A stretch of 64,000 bases of DNA. It comes from Antechinus flavipes. Lineage: Eukaryota. Shown in pieces: positions 1-12,184 of the stretch (positions are counted from its first letter, which is position 1; every line of letters starts with the position of its first letter). The notes below the pieces were generated by a model. The model did no database searches, was not told the DNA's origin, and saw nothing but the letters and a program-made list of their open reading frames with translations. The stretch lies in contig NC_067399.1 in the NCBI RefSeq assembly GCF_016432865.1, positions 389,670,001 to 389,734,000 of the forward strand. The letters are read 5' to 3'. Position numbers and translations under genes: made by a program.

Positions 1-63
1 CAAATATTTACCATAACTAGTTTTTATATGTAATAAAACAATAGAGAAATATTTTGCCACCAG

Positions 64-3000
64 GTGACTCTCCTATTCCATCTGTTTCCTCGGGATCATC
101 TTCACCCCTTTCAGCTACTTCTGCGCCACCAACATTGGGCCAGCCAAAAGGAGGCAACCCCAGTCAGGATAGAAAGGTACCTCCCCCGATTGGAACGGAG
201 AGACTTGCTCGAATTCGACAGGGAGGCTCTGTTACACCAACGCCTCTAGGAACTAATTTCACAGCACCTGTTGGACATAGTGGTATCTGGTCCTTTGGAG
301 TCAATAGTGTGTCAGGTAAGATTGTCCTATGTTCTGTAGAAGGAGTAGCTCAAGTAAGACTTTTAAAGCTAGCAGGAAATTCTTGTGATAATAGAGCTCC
401 TCTAAGTCAGGATTTCTTAAATATTTCTCGCTGGCAACCCCTCTTTGCCTAACAAATTTTTACATGAACTCCAAGTGTATAGATATATGAAATAAATAAA
501 CAAATCAAATATTTACTGATAATAAATTATAATTTTTAGCAACCTTCCACATTCAGTTATGAGAACCTTTATGAGGTTTGGAACCACAGTTTTAAGAAGC
601 TAGGCTCTTAAGTGATAGTATTTTAGAGCTGTCAACATTAAGGCTTGTTAGGTACTGTACCTTAGTACAGCTGTAATGTTTAGGTATTTAAGGTACAGCT
701 GTAATGTTGTTGTATTGTTGTGTTGATGAGTATTGAAAGCACAGAGCAGCACAGCAACTAAAAGTGATTAAAGTAAATTTCCCTTTCCCTTAAATTAATC
801 CAGAATCAAACCTTAGAGCCCCTAAGAAGACCAATTTATGTTGAACACATCTTTTGAAGAGGCCTCATGGCAATTATTAGAAAGATTATTCATAAGAATT
901 TTCTCAGTTTTCTTTGCAGACTAATCAAGCTTCTGATATAGAACAGTTCTTTTTTTTCAAAGAAAAGTCTTTTATCAAATTAATAACACATAGCCCATTT
1001 CTAATTCTTTCCAGAAGGCCTTTCTGGTTGGTCACAGCCTGTGATGGGAAGTCACCCATTACATCAGCAGCTCTCAGATGCAGGCACCTTCTCTCAGCAC
1101 CAGCCAATGGAAAGAGACGATTCAGGAATGGTGGCTCCTTCTAACATTTTCCATCAGCCTATGGCAAGCAGTTTTGTGGATTTTTCTAAAGTAAGGATAT
1201 AAAATTTCTTGAATATGGAATTGTCCATATAGACCTTTAGGAAAATCCTAACAAGTTTAAGGGTAATTTTTGTTTGTTGTGATTAAATATCCCTTTCTCT
1301 GAGATGACATAAACTCATATTTTGTCTAGTAATTTTGCTTCGTTTAGTAAGCAAGCTATATCTTTCAATATACCAGGGGCTTAAATAAATGCTAGTTGAC
1401 TATGTTATTAGAAGAAACTTATTTTGTGGAAAGAGATGTTCTCTCAAGAATTATAATGATAAAGAACTTAGATCTTGATACCAGAGTACCTGGATTTAGA
1501 TTCTGACTCTGCTACCTATTCCCTGTGTGTCTTAGCTAAATCAACTTAGCCTCCCTTGACATAATTTTCCTTTATCTGGAAATGAATTTGGTCTAGATGA
1601 TATTGTAAGTCCTTTTCTAATTCTAATTTTGTGATCTTTTGACCCCAAATTTAAATAACTTTTCAAGTTTATGAAATAATTTTTTCCCATAATAATATTA
1701 TGACATCACCCAGAGAGAGGACTTTGGGGACTAAATGTGGATCACAACATAGTATTTTCAATTTTTTTGTTGTTTGATTTTATTTTTTATTTCTCATTTT
1801 TTCCCTTTTTGATCTGATTTTTCTTGTTACAGCATGATAATTGTGAAAATATGTATAGAAGAATTGCTCATGTTTAACAAGTATTGGATTACTTGCTGTC
1901 TAGGGGAGGAAGAGAGGGAAAAATGTTTTGGAAAACAAGGTTTTGCAAGGGTGAAAGATTATTTTTAAATTATTCATATGTTTTGAAAATAAAAAGCTTT
2001 AATAAAATAAAGAATAACGAGTAAGTATGAAATTTAAAATAATAATCCTTTGAAGATAGATTAATTCACTTTTTTTTTTAATTTTGGAACATATTTTATT
2101 GGAAAAGGAGGGAATCACTACATATTTGACACAAACTATAGGACTTTATATGTAGATCTACATGGGGACATTAGTGATTTATTCTAGTTTGATGGATTGT
2201 TAACTTCACCTTCTCTATTAATGTACAAAGAGTAATAAGTTTAGAATCATAATGAATAAAATGCATGATATAGTTGCAAAAATATTGTACATTATCTCAG
2301 ACTAGGAAAATTGATTTGTGAGTTGTCTTTCTACATTCATCTAAATAAAACCTTAGTCAACTCTTGGTTTTCAATATATGGCTTAGACACGTTGGAGATT
2401 ACTTTCTTTTTTTTTTTTTTAATATTTTATTTTATTTTATGATAACTTTATATTGACAGAATCCATGCCAGGGTAATTTTTTTACAACATTATCCCTTGC
2501 TCTCACTTCTGTTCCGATTTTTCTCCTCTCTCCCTCCACCCCCTCCCATAGATGGCAAGCAGTCCTATATATGTTAGATATGTTGCAGTATATCCTAGAT
2601 ACAATATATGTTTGCAGAACCAAACAGTTCTCTTGTTGCACAGGGAGAATTGGATTCAGAAGGTAAAAATAACCCAGGAAGAAAAACAAAAATGCAAATA
2701 GTTCACATTCATTTCCCAGTGTTCTTTCTTTGGGTGTAGCTGCTTCTGTCCATCATTTATCAATTGAAACTGAGTTAGGTCTCTTTGTCAAAGAAATCCA
2801 CTTCCATCAGAATACATCCTCATACAATATCGTTGTTAAAGTGTATAATGATCTCCTGGTTCTGCTCATTTCACTTAGCATCAGTTCATGTAAGTCTCTC
2901 CAAGCCTCTCTGTATTCATCCTGCTGTTCATTTCAATAATATTCCATAACATTCATATACCACAATTTACCCAGCCATTCTCCAATTGATGGGCATCCAT

Positions 3001-4090
3001 TCATTTTCCAGCTTCTAGCCACTACAAACAGGGCTGCCACAAACATTTTGGCACATACAGGTCCCTTTCCCTTCTTTAGTATCTCTTTGGGGTATAAGCC
3101 CAGTAGAAACACTGCTGGATCAAAGGGTATGCACATTTTGATAATTTTTTGGGCATAATTCCAGATTGCTCTCCAGAATGGTTGGATTCGTTTACAACTC
3201 CACCAACAATGCATCAGTGTCCCAGTTTTCCTGCATCCCCTCCAACATTCCTCATTATTTTTTCCTGTCATCTTAGCCAATCTGACAGGTGTGTAGGGCT
3301 ATCTCAGAGTTGTCTTAATTTGCATTTCTCTGATCAATAGTGATTTGGAACACTTTCATATGAGTCGTAATAGTTTCAATTTCATCATCTGAAAATGTTT
3401 TGTTCATATCCTTTGACCATTTATCAATTGGAGAATGGCTTGGATTAATTCACATTTTGATTCTTAATAGGACTTATCTTTTTTCCTTTTCTCTTTCTAA
3501 GAATACTTCTACCACATATAGTCTTTGGACTATTTTATTTTTTGTATATATGAAAAAGATTTCTGGGCATGATCTGACAGTTGTTAAATTATTTCCTGAT
3601 TATAGATATTTTGCTTTCTGTTGTGTAGGGTCTGCCAATTTCCATGTATGGAGGTACCATAATACCCTCACATCCTCAGCTTGCTGATGGTCCAGGTGGC
3701 CCTCTGTTTAATGGACTTCATAACCCAGATCCTGCTTGGAACCCTATGATAAAAGTTGTCCAAAACTCAACAGAATGTACTGATGCTCAGCAGGTAAAAG
3801 AAATTTAATTCTTTCTCTTACCTTTCACATTTTTTCCATATTCATTTTTGACTGTAAGACATTCAGCACGAAAAATCATTTCTATCATCATGCTACCTTA
3901 GTATCAATCCACTATTACTGTGCTTTAGAATATTTTCCCCTTGGCGAAAATGATTGCCATTAAATTTATATTTTGTTTTATAAATGTATAACATTTCTAA
4001 TTGGAAGTTATGATTTTTCCCCCTTTTCAGATTTGGCCTGGCACGTGGGCACCTCATATTGGAAACATGCATCTCAAATATGTCAACTAA
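64..4090 (+). CDS. ANKHD1: Ankyrin repeat and KH domain-containing protein 1 (MASK1), last four coding exons; gene starts upstream of the window
   Basis: Exons 64-315, 1015-1190, 3629-3793 and 4031-4090, all AG/GT flanked and phase-consistent. They translate to ...DRKVPPPIGTERLARIRQGG...GIWSFGVNSVS/EGLSGWSQPVMG...FVDFSK/GLPISMYGGTIIP...TECTDAQQ/IWPGTWAPHIGNMHLKYVN*, the known ANKHD1 C-terminus. Confidence 0.97.
1705..2010 (+). mobile_element. Older L1 3'-end fragment (approximate ends)
   Basis: Resembles the L1 3' UTR segments at 34790-35100 and 57480-57845 and ends in AATAAA/A-rich sequence. Confidence 0.7.
2059..3458 (-). mobile_element. Young 5'-truncated L1 (2407-3442) with putative 3'-transduced segment (2080-2406) and TSD
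   Basis: L1 ORF2 C-terminus in ORF 2933-3280 (TGTLMHCWWSCK...WRAIWNYAQK...CPSIGEWLGKLWY). T14 at 2407-2420, second T-run at 2070-2079. GATTAATTCAC repeated at 2059-2069 and 3443-3453. Confidence 0.85.
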
Positions 4091-4512
4091 GTTAGAAGGT
4101 CTTTTTCTCTTTAGCCTTGTTTGGGAAACCCATGACCTTGGAAAAACCCTGGGGATTTTTAAAAATGTGCCTAACTAAGCAATTTTCTGTGTGGGCTTTA
4201 ACAATGGAAACTTGATTGCCCATTGTATAAGAACAAATCGATTTCTTATCCAACTGATTCTGTTCTCCAGTTAGTTTAGCCATTTTGAACTTAAAATCAG
4301 ATGAACCTAGTGCTTTTGGCTAAACAGTACTGAATGCTACTTGTCTGCAGAAGAGAACTAGATGATTACATGATTTCAACCTTTTAGGGTGGTAAATACA
4401 TGTATAATTGTTTACATACTTAAAAGGAAAAAAAAGTTGAGTAAATTTCATGTCGTATAGTGGCTCTACTTTATGTAGCCTGTATTAATGTGAAATATTT
4501 ACCTGAATATTC

Positions 4513-4518
4513 AATAAA
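4513..4518 (+). terminator. Probable ANKHD1 polyadenylation signal
   Basis: AATAAA about 420 nt after the stop codon, followed by GT/T-rich sequence. Confidence 0.65.
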
Positions 4519-7500
4519 AAGATGAACAGTATTTGGAAGTTGGTTGTGATCTTTTCATATTTAATGCATATTCACTACTGCTTGAGCAATTTCATTGTCA
4601 CTTGGACTTAATTGAGGAAATCCCTTAAAAATTAGAAGTGTTATACCTTGGACTCTGAAAAGAGAGAGGTCTTTTTAAACTAGTTTTTCAACTTGTTCAT
4701 TCGACTTAGTAACTCTGATCAATTTGTGAGCCATAAATATCATGGCCTTTTCATCAAGTGAAAGCAAAAACCCTGGCAGTGGAGCTTTATCAGATATTGA
4801 TACAGTCACCATTTTGGTAGATATGTCCAGAAAAAAAAGCAGTATTTTTGAGTCAGATAATGTTGACCAGTTTCAGACTATATTAAAATTGTGAACATCA
4901 GGTAATTTGCTTGTGCCTTGACTTTTTTAGTGGGGTGGACTCTGAGCATATTAGCACCCCTATGTACAAGTGAAATTGCTGTTTATATAATGCCAAGAAT
5001 CTGATGCAACAGTATGGGAAAGCATTAAAGTGCTAAATAGTTCAGTTGTATATTCAGGTTTAGATACAAGCAAATTTTCTGCTGCTATAGAGAGTTTATA
5101 AAAAGAGATTACCTGAAAATAATTTGGAATATGGAGAAAAGTCACACTTAGATCAACAGGATTGTAGGCGAAAGGGAAAGAGAAAGAAATAGCAGAGAAT
5201 AAGATAGGGCTGAAGGAAATCAAGTTTTAAAAGATGATGCCTCTTTAAACAGTTCTCTTATATGTTGTGAATCCTGACAATTTGGGTTGCTCTAATAATG
5301 TGGTTTTTCCCTGCCCTAGCTCTAAAATGCTTCCAATCTGAACACACAGCCATACTTTATACCATATAAAGTTAAAAGCATATTTTTAATGTCAAGCATG
5401 CCTCTTTTGTTTATACTAGAATACAATGATATTCTAGCTATCAAGCAGAACTTTTTGCTGGACTTAAAAAAAATTTTTTTTCAGATTTCAGATATAATTG
5501 CTACCTCTTCAGCAATTTTTTGGTCAAAGAAGTCATTCTCAAATTTCTTTAGCTTGAAAGGCTCTTTGAAATTCATGATGTAGTAATATGTATTACCTAT
5601 TTCCCTGTTTCCTACTTGCCACTTTAAAAAAGCAATTCACTAGAATTAATGGAGAAAGTTTTACAGCTTCAGATTAGAAAGCTAATGAGGAATAATAAGT
5701 GAAGTATATTTGCTAATAATAAACTGATCTAGCATAAATAACATTACAAAAAGCTATTTGGTGGATCACCTAATTTATTTCCCTCCTTCTTAGGTTGTAA
5801 TTACTGGAAAGTTTTGAGAGAAAGTATCTTTATCAAGACTACCTCTCTTTCTATTGAATCTAGTCCCCAATTTAAACACACTGCCACCTCCACTACTGTC
5901 ATCTTATCACTCCCAGTCCTCCCTTTTTACTAATCTCAACAGTATATAAAATAAACTGATCTTTTATTCTTAATATGTTGTCAATTGTCTCTTCTTAATC
6001 ACACATCTGGGATGAATATATTTGTTTATGGAATCAATCAAAATCCTCAGGGATTATACAGTGAAATATTTTGATTAATTAGTATTTCATATCTACTGTC
6101 TATGATGCATGTTGTAGCAAGAAACTTAATATCTACTGTCTATGGTGTATCAACTGCCTTTTCATAAAGCATTCTTCCTTCTAGTATTGGTATAAGTACA
6201 AAGGGGCCACCATTCAGCTAAGCATATGGGAAAAGGAAAAGATAATGGGAATGCTACAAACTAAAGGTTAAGAAATTTTATATCCCAGAGAAGCTCCTTG
6301 AGTTTGTTCATCTGTTCGTTCACTTAAAAGCCAAGATCCATACTAAAGAAAGTCATCTGCCACCAGCACTATCATTCCTTCCTAGGTGAATCAATGAAAA
6401 ACTTTTCAGAAGTGCTTCAAGCCAGGAACCATTCCCAGTAAGGGTCAGGTTGGAAAAAGGCAGGGGCCAGTCATTTCACAGTTCTCATCCAAACAAAATA
6501 AGTGGGTGTATTTAGTGATTGTGACCTTACTTCACTTGGTTAAGACCTTTGGATTGGATTGTTATGTTTAGGCAGCAAATCACTGAACACACTTAGGCCT
6601 CATCCCAGGCTTCTTCCATCATGAAAAATATGGTTTTACGTATGATTCCACAAAAATCCCTGGTTAAGTCACTGCTGATACTTCTAGTCATCTAAAATAC
6701 TTGACAAGGATTTGTTCCAAATATTATTTTTAAGTGACATGTAAGGAAAATTTGTCTGACCAACCTCTTTGATTATGTGAAAATTCCAACCTCTTTATGT
6801 GAAAATTAAATTTCACCTGTGAGGAGTGCAAGAGAAGACTAGAACTTGGAAATATAATACTTCAAAATCATTTCTCTTTAGTGATGGAAAAGGGGATTTT
6901 TCACTAAATTATAATGATTGCATATCCACAGAACTTTTATTTCCATCAACATTTCTTAAGAAAATGTTTTGCTCCTGAAGGAGGAAGCGCTTTTTTTTAG
7001 ATCTACATTCAACTTTTTTCTTTTTTACCCCTGGTAGAAATGGAGAAGGAAGTGGATTCTATATATTGAAAAATAACTAAAGTGTTTTAAAAAAAAGTGT
7101 CAAAAATTATTAGATAATAAATGTTAAGGGAGTTGGAGATATTTTTTGGAAAAATGATCTGGAACTGAGGCTACTATTGCATTATTGTCTGTTTCCTTTG
7201 ACCCTTGCAGTTCTTCAGACACAATAAAAAGAAGAGAAGGATAAGGCAAATGATGAGGAATGAGGACTGAGTTCAATCCAAGCAATTGTAACTTTGCCAA
7301 AATCCTTTACTGTCTTTGGGGCTTTAAAATAAAAACTAACATAAACGTTATAAGGGAAACCAAAGTGCTTTAAGGGAGGTCAGGAAAGTGTACATCTTAC
7401 CACCATCATCATCAAAGGAGAAGCCTCTACTCTTGGTATGGATGGCAATCAGTTTAGTTAGGTTAGGTATTTTGCCTTGAAGCCATGGAATGTCACTGAA

Positions 7501-7899
7501 GTGAAAGAATGAGAGTACCTTTAAAATAATACATCACTGGGAGTATTTAGGCATTCTGTAACAGGACCAAGAACAATTTTTCATCGATAGAATCAGTTCT
7601 CAATTCCTTCCTTGGGTACAACTACCACCTTCCAAAGCCTTATAGGTTTGATATCTGCTTGTCCAAAATTAGATTATTTTCCTCAGGGAGCCTCTTGGAT
7701 TAGGTTATCCCTACATTCGGTTAATTGATGAGATAATTGATAATTCTTAAAACCTTACACATTTCTTAACTATCCATACTACCTTCCTTACAATGACATC
7801 AAGTATTTAGTTAAAACCCTAACAAACTATGCATTATTTTGAGATTTAAAAAATTTCTAAGAACAAAATAAAAGCAATAAGGGGTAAATGTGGCACCCA

Positions 7900-8320
7900 G
7901 CTTGGACCCCACCCTGGAATTCTGGCCCTGCCCCAGTGGGTCCGGACTGTTGTTGCCTGGGAGCAGCACATGGTAAGGACCCAGCCCTTGCTGGTTTCCG
8001 GGCTCAGTGTCGTCCTAGCCACCAGCTCGCCAAGTCCACCTCTACTAACTGCCCGATCGCGACTGGCTGCCCCGACTGCAACAGCACCACGCCGGAGGAG
8101 GAGGGGAGGGCGGGGAGGGGGGAATGCTGTATGCCACCACCCCGGGAGGTTCAGGGATTGGGTTTAATTGGCTGTTAAAGTTTGGGACGGTCCAATTGGC
8201 CGGGATGCAGGGACTAGAGATGTAGGTAGTAAAAGTGGGCACCGGGCTAAGGGCTGACACGCCATCCGGTCTTTTTGGTCTGGTTCGCAAAGCAAACTAT
8301 TCTGGCTTCGCAGCTTAGTG
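7900..8320 (+). promoter_or_regulatory. CpG-rich promoter/first-exon region of EIF4EBP3 (approximate)
   Basis: Local GC/CpG enrichment and a GGGCGGGG box around exon 1, in AT-rich flanks. Confidence 0.55.
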
Positions 8321-10382
8321 ACCTTCAGAGCCTCACTTCTGGAAGCATATGGGAGGGCTCAGCTCTCTGCTTGCTCTCTTATGAGGCCGTTGGGAGTAAA
8401 GGGTAGCGGCCCAGGCTGTAGACTCCAAATCGAGGACCATATTTTCTGTCCCAGCCCATTTCCCACAGCCTTCCAGATGAGGCAACAGTATTGGGCACTG
8501 CAATTAGGCGAACAAGCCTGAGCTTGAGATCTCTGCTACCCGAGGGAGGCAGTGAGTTTGGCCTTGGGGCTTCAGAAGTAACCTGGGGCCTTCACTGAAG
8601 CACCTCAAAGTAAGGTAAGCTTGCTGGTGTCAGGGTAATCTCTTTAACTCTACACCTCCTTGCCCACGGCTGTGAAGCAAGAGGACTGGTGAGTGAGGGT
8701 CCAGGGTCCCAAATGAAACATGTTCAGGTGGAGGCTGCCAGGGCTTCAGATGGATGGTAACAGCTACGGGATTAGTTAGAGAACCCAAGATCCTAAATTG
8801 GACTGCTGCCCAATTCCTCCCAGGGGAAACCGAAGGAAGGGAAGGGGAAGGAAAGAAAGGCACAGGGCATTCTAATGTACTACTGCCCAGCCAAGGTCTC
8901 AGGCCGAGGCTTTTAGGAATTGAGGACCCAGATGAATACTCTTAGGATAAGATTTTAGGCCCCTCTTGGAATAGCCTCCCTACTGCTTACAGCCAGATTA
9001 AGGAGCTTATTCTCAAACCCTCTGTGCTCCACACTCCCTACTCTCTCACCCTTTCACCCCACATAGTACAAAGGTAGGAAAAGCAAGCCCCTCCTCCATT
9101 CTACACCCTCCTTTGGAAAAGGGATTTATCCTATGAGAGAATTGTCAGATAAGTACACATTTAATACCTCCCCCTAAAAATTTTATTTTCCATGATAACA
9201 AAGATACTGATCTTGTGAAGTTGTATTAGACTGAAAACTACTAAAGCAAAGCTTCCTAAATTGTCCCATTTTATATACTATGGGTTACATAAAATTTCTC
9301 AGGTGAAAAGGGGTGGTAAGATTTAAGAAGCCCAGCATTAGTGGACAGTAAGACACAAGTGTGCAGCTTTCAGACATTGCCCAGGTGACCCAAATTCCTC
9401 TTTTCTCATCCAGGTGTGAGGGAGGGGAATGCTGGTGTATACACACATGCTATTCCAGCACAAAAACATGTTCCTTTGCAGGAAACAATTTGAAGCTGAG
9501 CTCTGTTCTAGAAAAGAGAGGTGGTCATGCACAAAAAGGCATTAGTTATTTCATAGAACTAGAGATGGAAGCATTTATCTAGACGAGTCTCTCAGAGAAG
9601 GAAACTGATGATCTAAAAGATTGGGGTTTTTTTTGTTCAGTTATTCCCAGAGGCAGCCAGTTAGTTTTAGGAAGAATTAGAGTTTAGGCAAGACACTACA
9701 ATTCAGTTCCATAGAATCCCAACTTCCATAATTCACTCCCTGCAGGAACTAGAATCGTCTATGATCAAAAATTTCTGCTGGAATGTAAGAATTTGCCCAT
9801 TGCCTGGACACCACCTTGCTACCTCCCCCAGATCCCTGGGGTCATTGTCCCATCACAAGCCCCACTTGCCCAACTGGAGGAATTAAAGGAGCAGAAAGAA
9901 ATTGAAGAGCTCCTAGGTAAAAGGAGGAATTACAGGAAATATTAAAAATGATATGCACTGGTAACTTAAAAGTTTCAGAGAGAAAGAATTAAACTTTATT
10001 AAAAGACCCCTTTATGTTCACCATGGATTATACTTTTGCTTTAGCTATCTAGCTGTAGTGATAGTGTTCAGGAGAAAATAGAAAAATGTTTTTTCTATTA
10101 GACATTAAAAAACTTTAATAGTAAAAGTTGCCCTGACTTACAAAAGAAGGAATGCAGAAAATTGTCCTCCTTTCCAAGTACTCAGGTAGTAGAGAGGCTA
10201 GTTCTAAGTGAGGTCTGGGCTAGTCTTGACCATAACTATAGAGCAACTTCTAGCTGAAAAAGAGTTTTAAGGGAAGGAGGCAGAGGCAAGAAGGCTTAAT
10301 GGTATAGTAAGAAATCAAGGCAATCTAACTATCAGGGTCCTCTTTCACTCCAGATGAGGTACAATTTGAAATGGACAACTGA
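8032..10382 (+). CDS. EIF4EBP3: eIF4E-binding protein 3; exon 1 degenerate (possible pseudogene, or N-truncated 74-aa product from ATG 8124)
   Basis: Exon 2 9746-9916 ([32 protein letters not shown]...LEELKEQKE) and exon 3 10354-10382 (DEVQFEMDN*) are intact. Exon 1 has GCC-AAG-TCC-ACC at the expected ATG position and a G-rich insertion that shifts frame before LYATTPGG; donor at 8148/8149. Confidence 0.85.
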
Positions 10383-12184
10383 CCTGGAATATTTGACCCT
10401 GTTAACAACTTCCCCAGTCATGAGAAAGGGCTTATTTTTGGTGGCTCCTTCAGTCCTTCAAAGTGATTGAGACCAAGGTGAGGGGAAGGGCAGGTTTAGA
10501 TATGGGTTGAGAGTAGAAGGTGCTAATTCTAGGAATGGAGGCTATGTGAATTTGGAAGTTCCTTGCTGAACTTTAATATTCAGTTCTTTCTCTTCTTCTG
10601 CACTTGGGCCAATTGTGGGATTGGATGCTGCACCCTATCAATGCTTAATAAACACAATGAAAGATTTCCCCTGGGTCACATGTTTTCTTCACCTTATCCA
10701 CATTGCTTTCTTCTGAGGGGGAAAAGACATTGCTATACTACCTCAGGTCATCCTGAAGTCAGAATAAATAATTCTTGTCCCATAATACTCTGCTTCTAAG
10801 ATTGGGCCCCATTCCAGCTACAATCAAATGAAACCAAGGGTTAGGAGCAAGGGCCAGCAGGAGTGGTACTGTAAAGAGTAAGAGCTTGGCACCTGCCAAG
10901 GGTTGTTCTGTTCCAGGAAATAGCCTTCCTCTTCTGAACCTCTACTATAATTCTGCTCTAATCCCTACCTGCTATTTTAATGTGGGATATCTTCCCTTAG
11001 GCAAAGGTCATTTGGGATTATCCTCCTTTTGGGGTCATTATCACAGAATGTTAGTAATGGAAAGAATCTTACAGAAATCTATATAGAGAAAATTTTTCAC
11101 CCAAGGTTACATACATAGTAAAGAACAAAGCTGGAGTCAAACTTGAAATTTCTGAAAACAAAGTATTTTCCTTTCTTCAGCAATCAGGAAGGTAGCTTTC
11201 TGGATTCCTTTCCATCACCTGCCATTTGATTACCAAGATTCATTAATCTCTTTTCTATTCTAAACACCTAGTGCTCCCCAACTTCTCTGATTTCTCCTAA
11301 CACCTGGTCCACCATGACTTCAGCTGTTTAGGCCAGACAGAACCATTTTAGGTCTTCCTGTTGTTTCTCCTTTTGGCCATCTGGAGCAAATGGAGCAGTG
11401 AGGTCCAGAATCGGTGCCTGAGAATGCTAGAACCTAGAAGAATCCTGTAGTGATAAGCTTCCTGACTTCCTTATCCTCCTGGCTCCTGAAGCAGCCCTGG
11501 CAATAAACTGCCCATTTTAATAAGTTCAGCTCTATTGACTTTGCTGGGAAGGGAAGGGTCAACACTTCTCTTCCAACTATCTTCACTTTCTCCATGCCCA
11601 GTCTTAGGAAAGGGACAAGGTGATCACTTATTTCCAAGTTTCTGTTCTTTCTCACTTTGCAACCAAACTAAAAAACACGGCTACTAGACTCACCTATGGA
11701 TGTTTACATCTTCTTTATCGTGTCACTTGAAAATTTCTATAGGGCAGGTTAATGTTAAACTACATCTATTAAGAAAGAAAAAGAACTAGAATTAAGATTT
11801 CAAAAAAGCTAAGAACCTTTATGTGTGAGACCTGTATTTCTAGATGGCTCGAAGACAAATGATTTTGAGAATAAAAGTCCCCAATGCCCCACCAAAAAAT
11901 ACCACGGTACAAGAAATTTTTATTTAATTGCATATGTCAGAAGCAACCATGAACTGCCAATAGTCTTCCCTCCCGAGTCAGGGCAAAGTCCTAGTTGGAG
12001 TTGGAGCTGCTTCTCTGCTAAAAGAGAATTTCCTTTCCCTTTTTCCAACTCCTGTTGGTATCAAGGAAGCCAAGCAAACATAGGTCCCTGGAGCCTAAAC
12101 CCTGCCAGGTCCCATTCAAAGATAGTTCAAGGTCTAGGACAGTGGGGGATATAGGAACTGACGGGGGAGGAAGAAAATAGTGGA

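Noticed and set aside
665-708. 16-bp direct repeats (GTACAGCTGTAATGTT; also ATATCTACTGTCTATG near 6089 and 6129) as TSDs or CRISPR-like units
   Set aside because: Only two copies with tiny spacers and no element between them; CRISPR is not applicable to a mammalian locus.
7211-7270. Strong acceptor followed by FFRHNKKKRRIRQMMRNED*, as an alternative ANKHD1 last exon
   Set aside because: Only a good AG and a short A-rich frame support it; 6170-6266 resembles the known bridging exon better.
7888-8178. 96-aa ORF providing an upstream ATG for EIF4EBP3
   Set aside because: In frame with the old N-terminus but reaches the 8148 donor in phase 0, whereas exon 2 needs phase 1; it cannot encode 4E-BP3.
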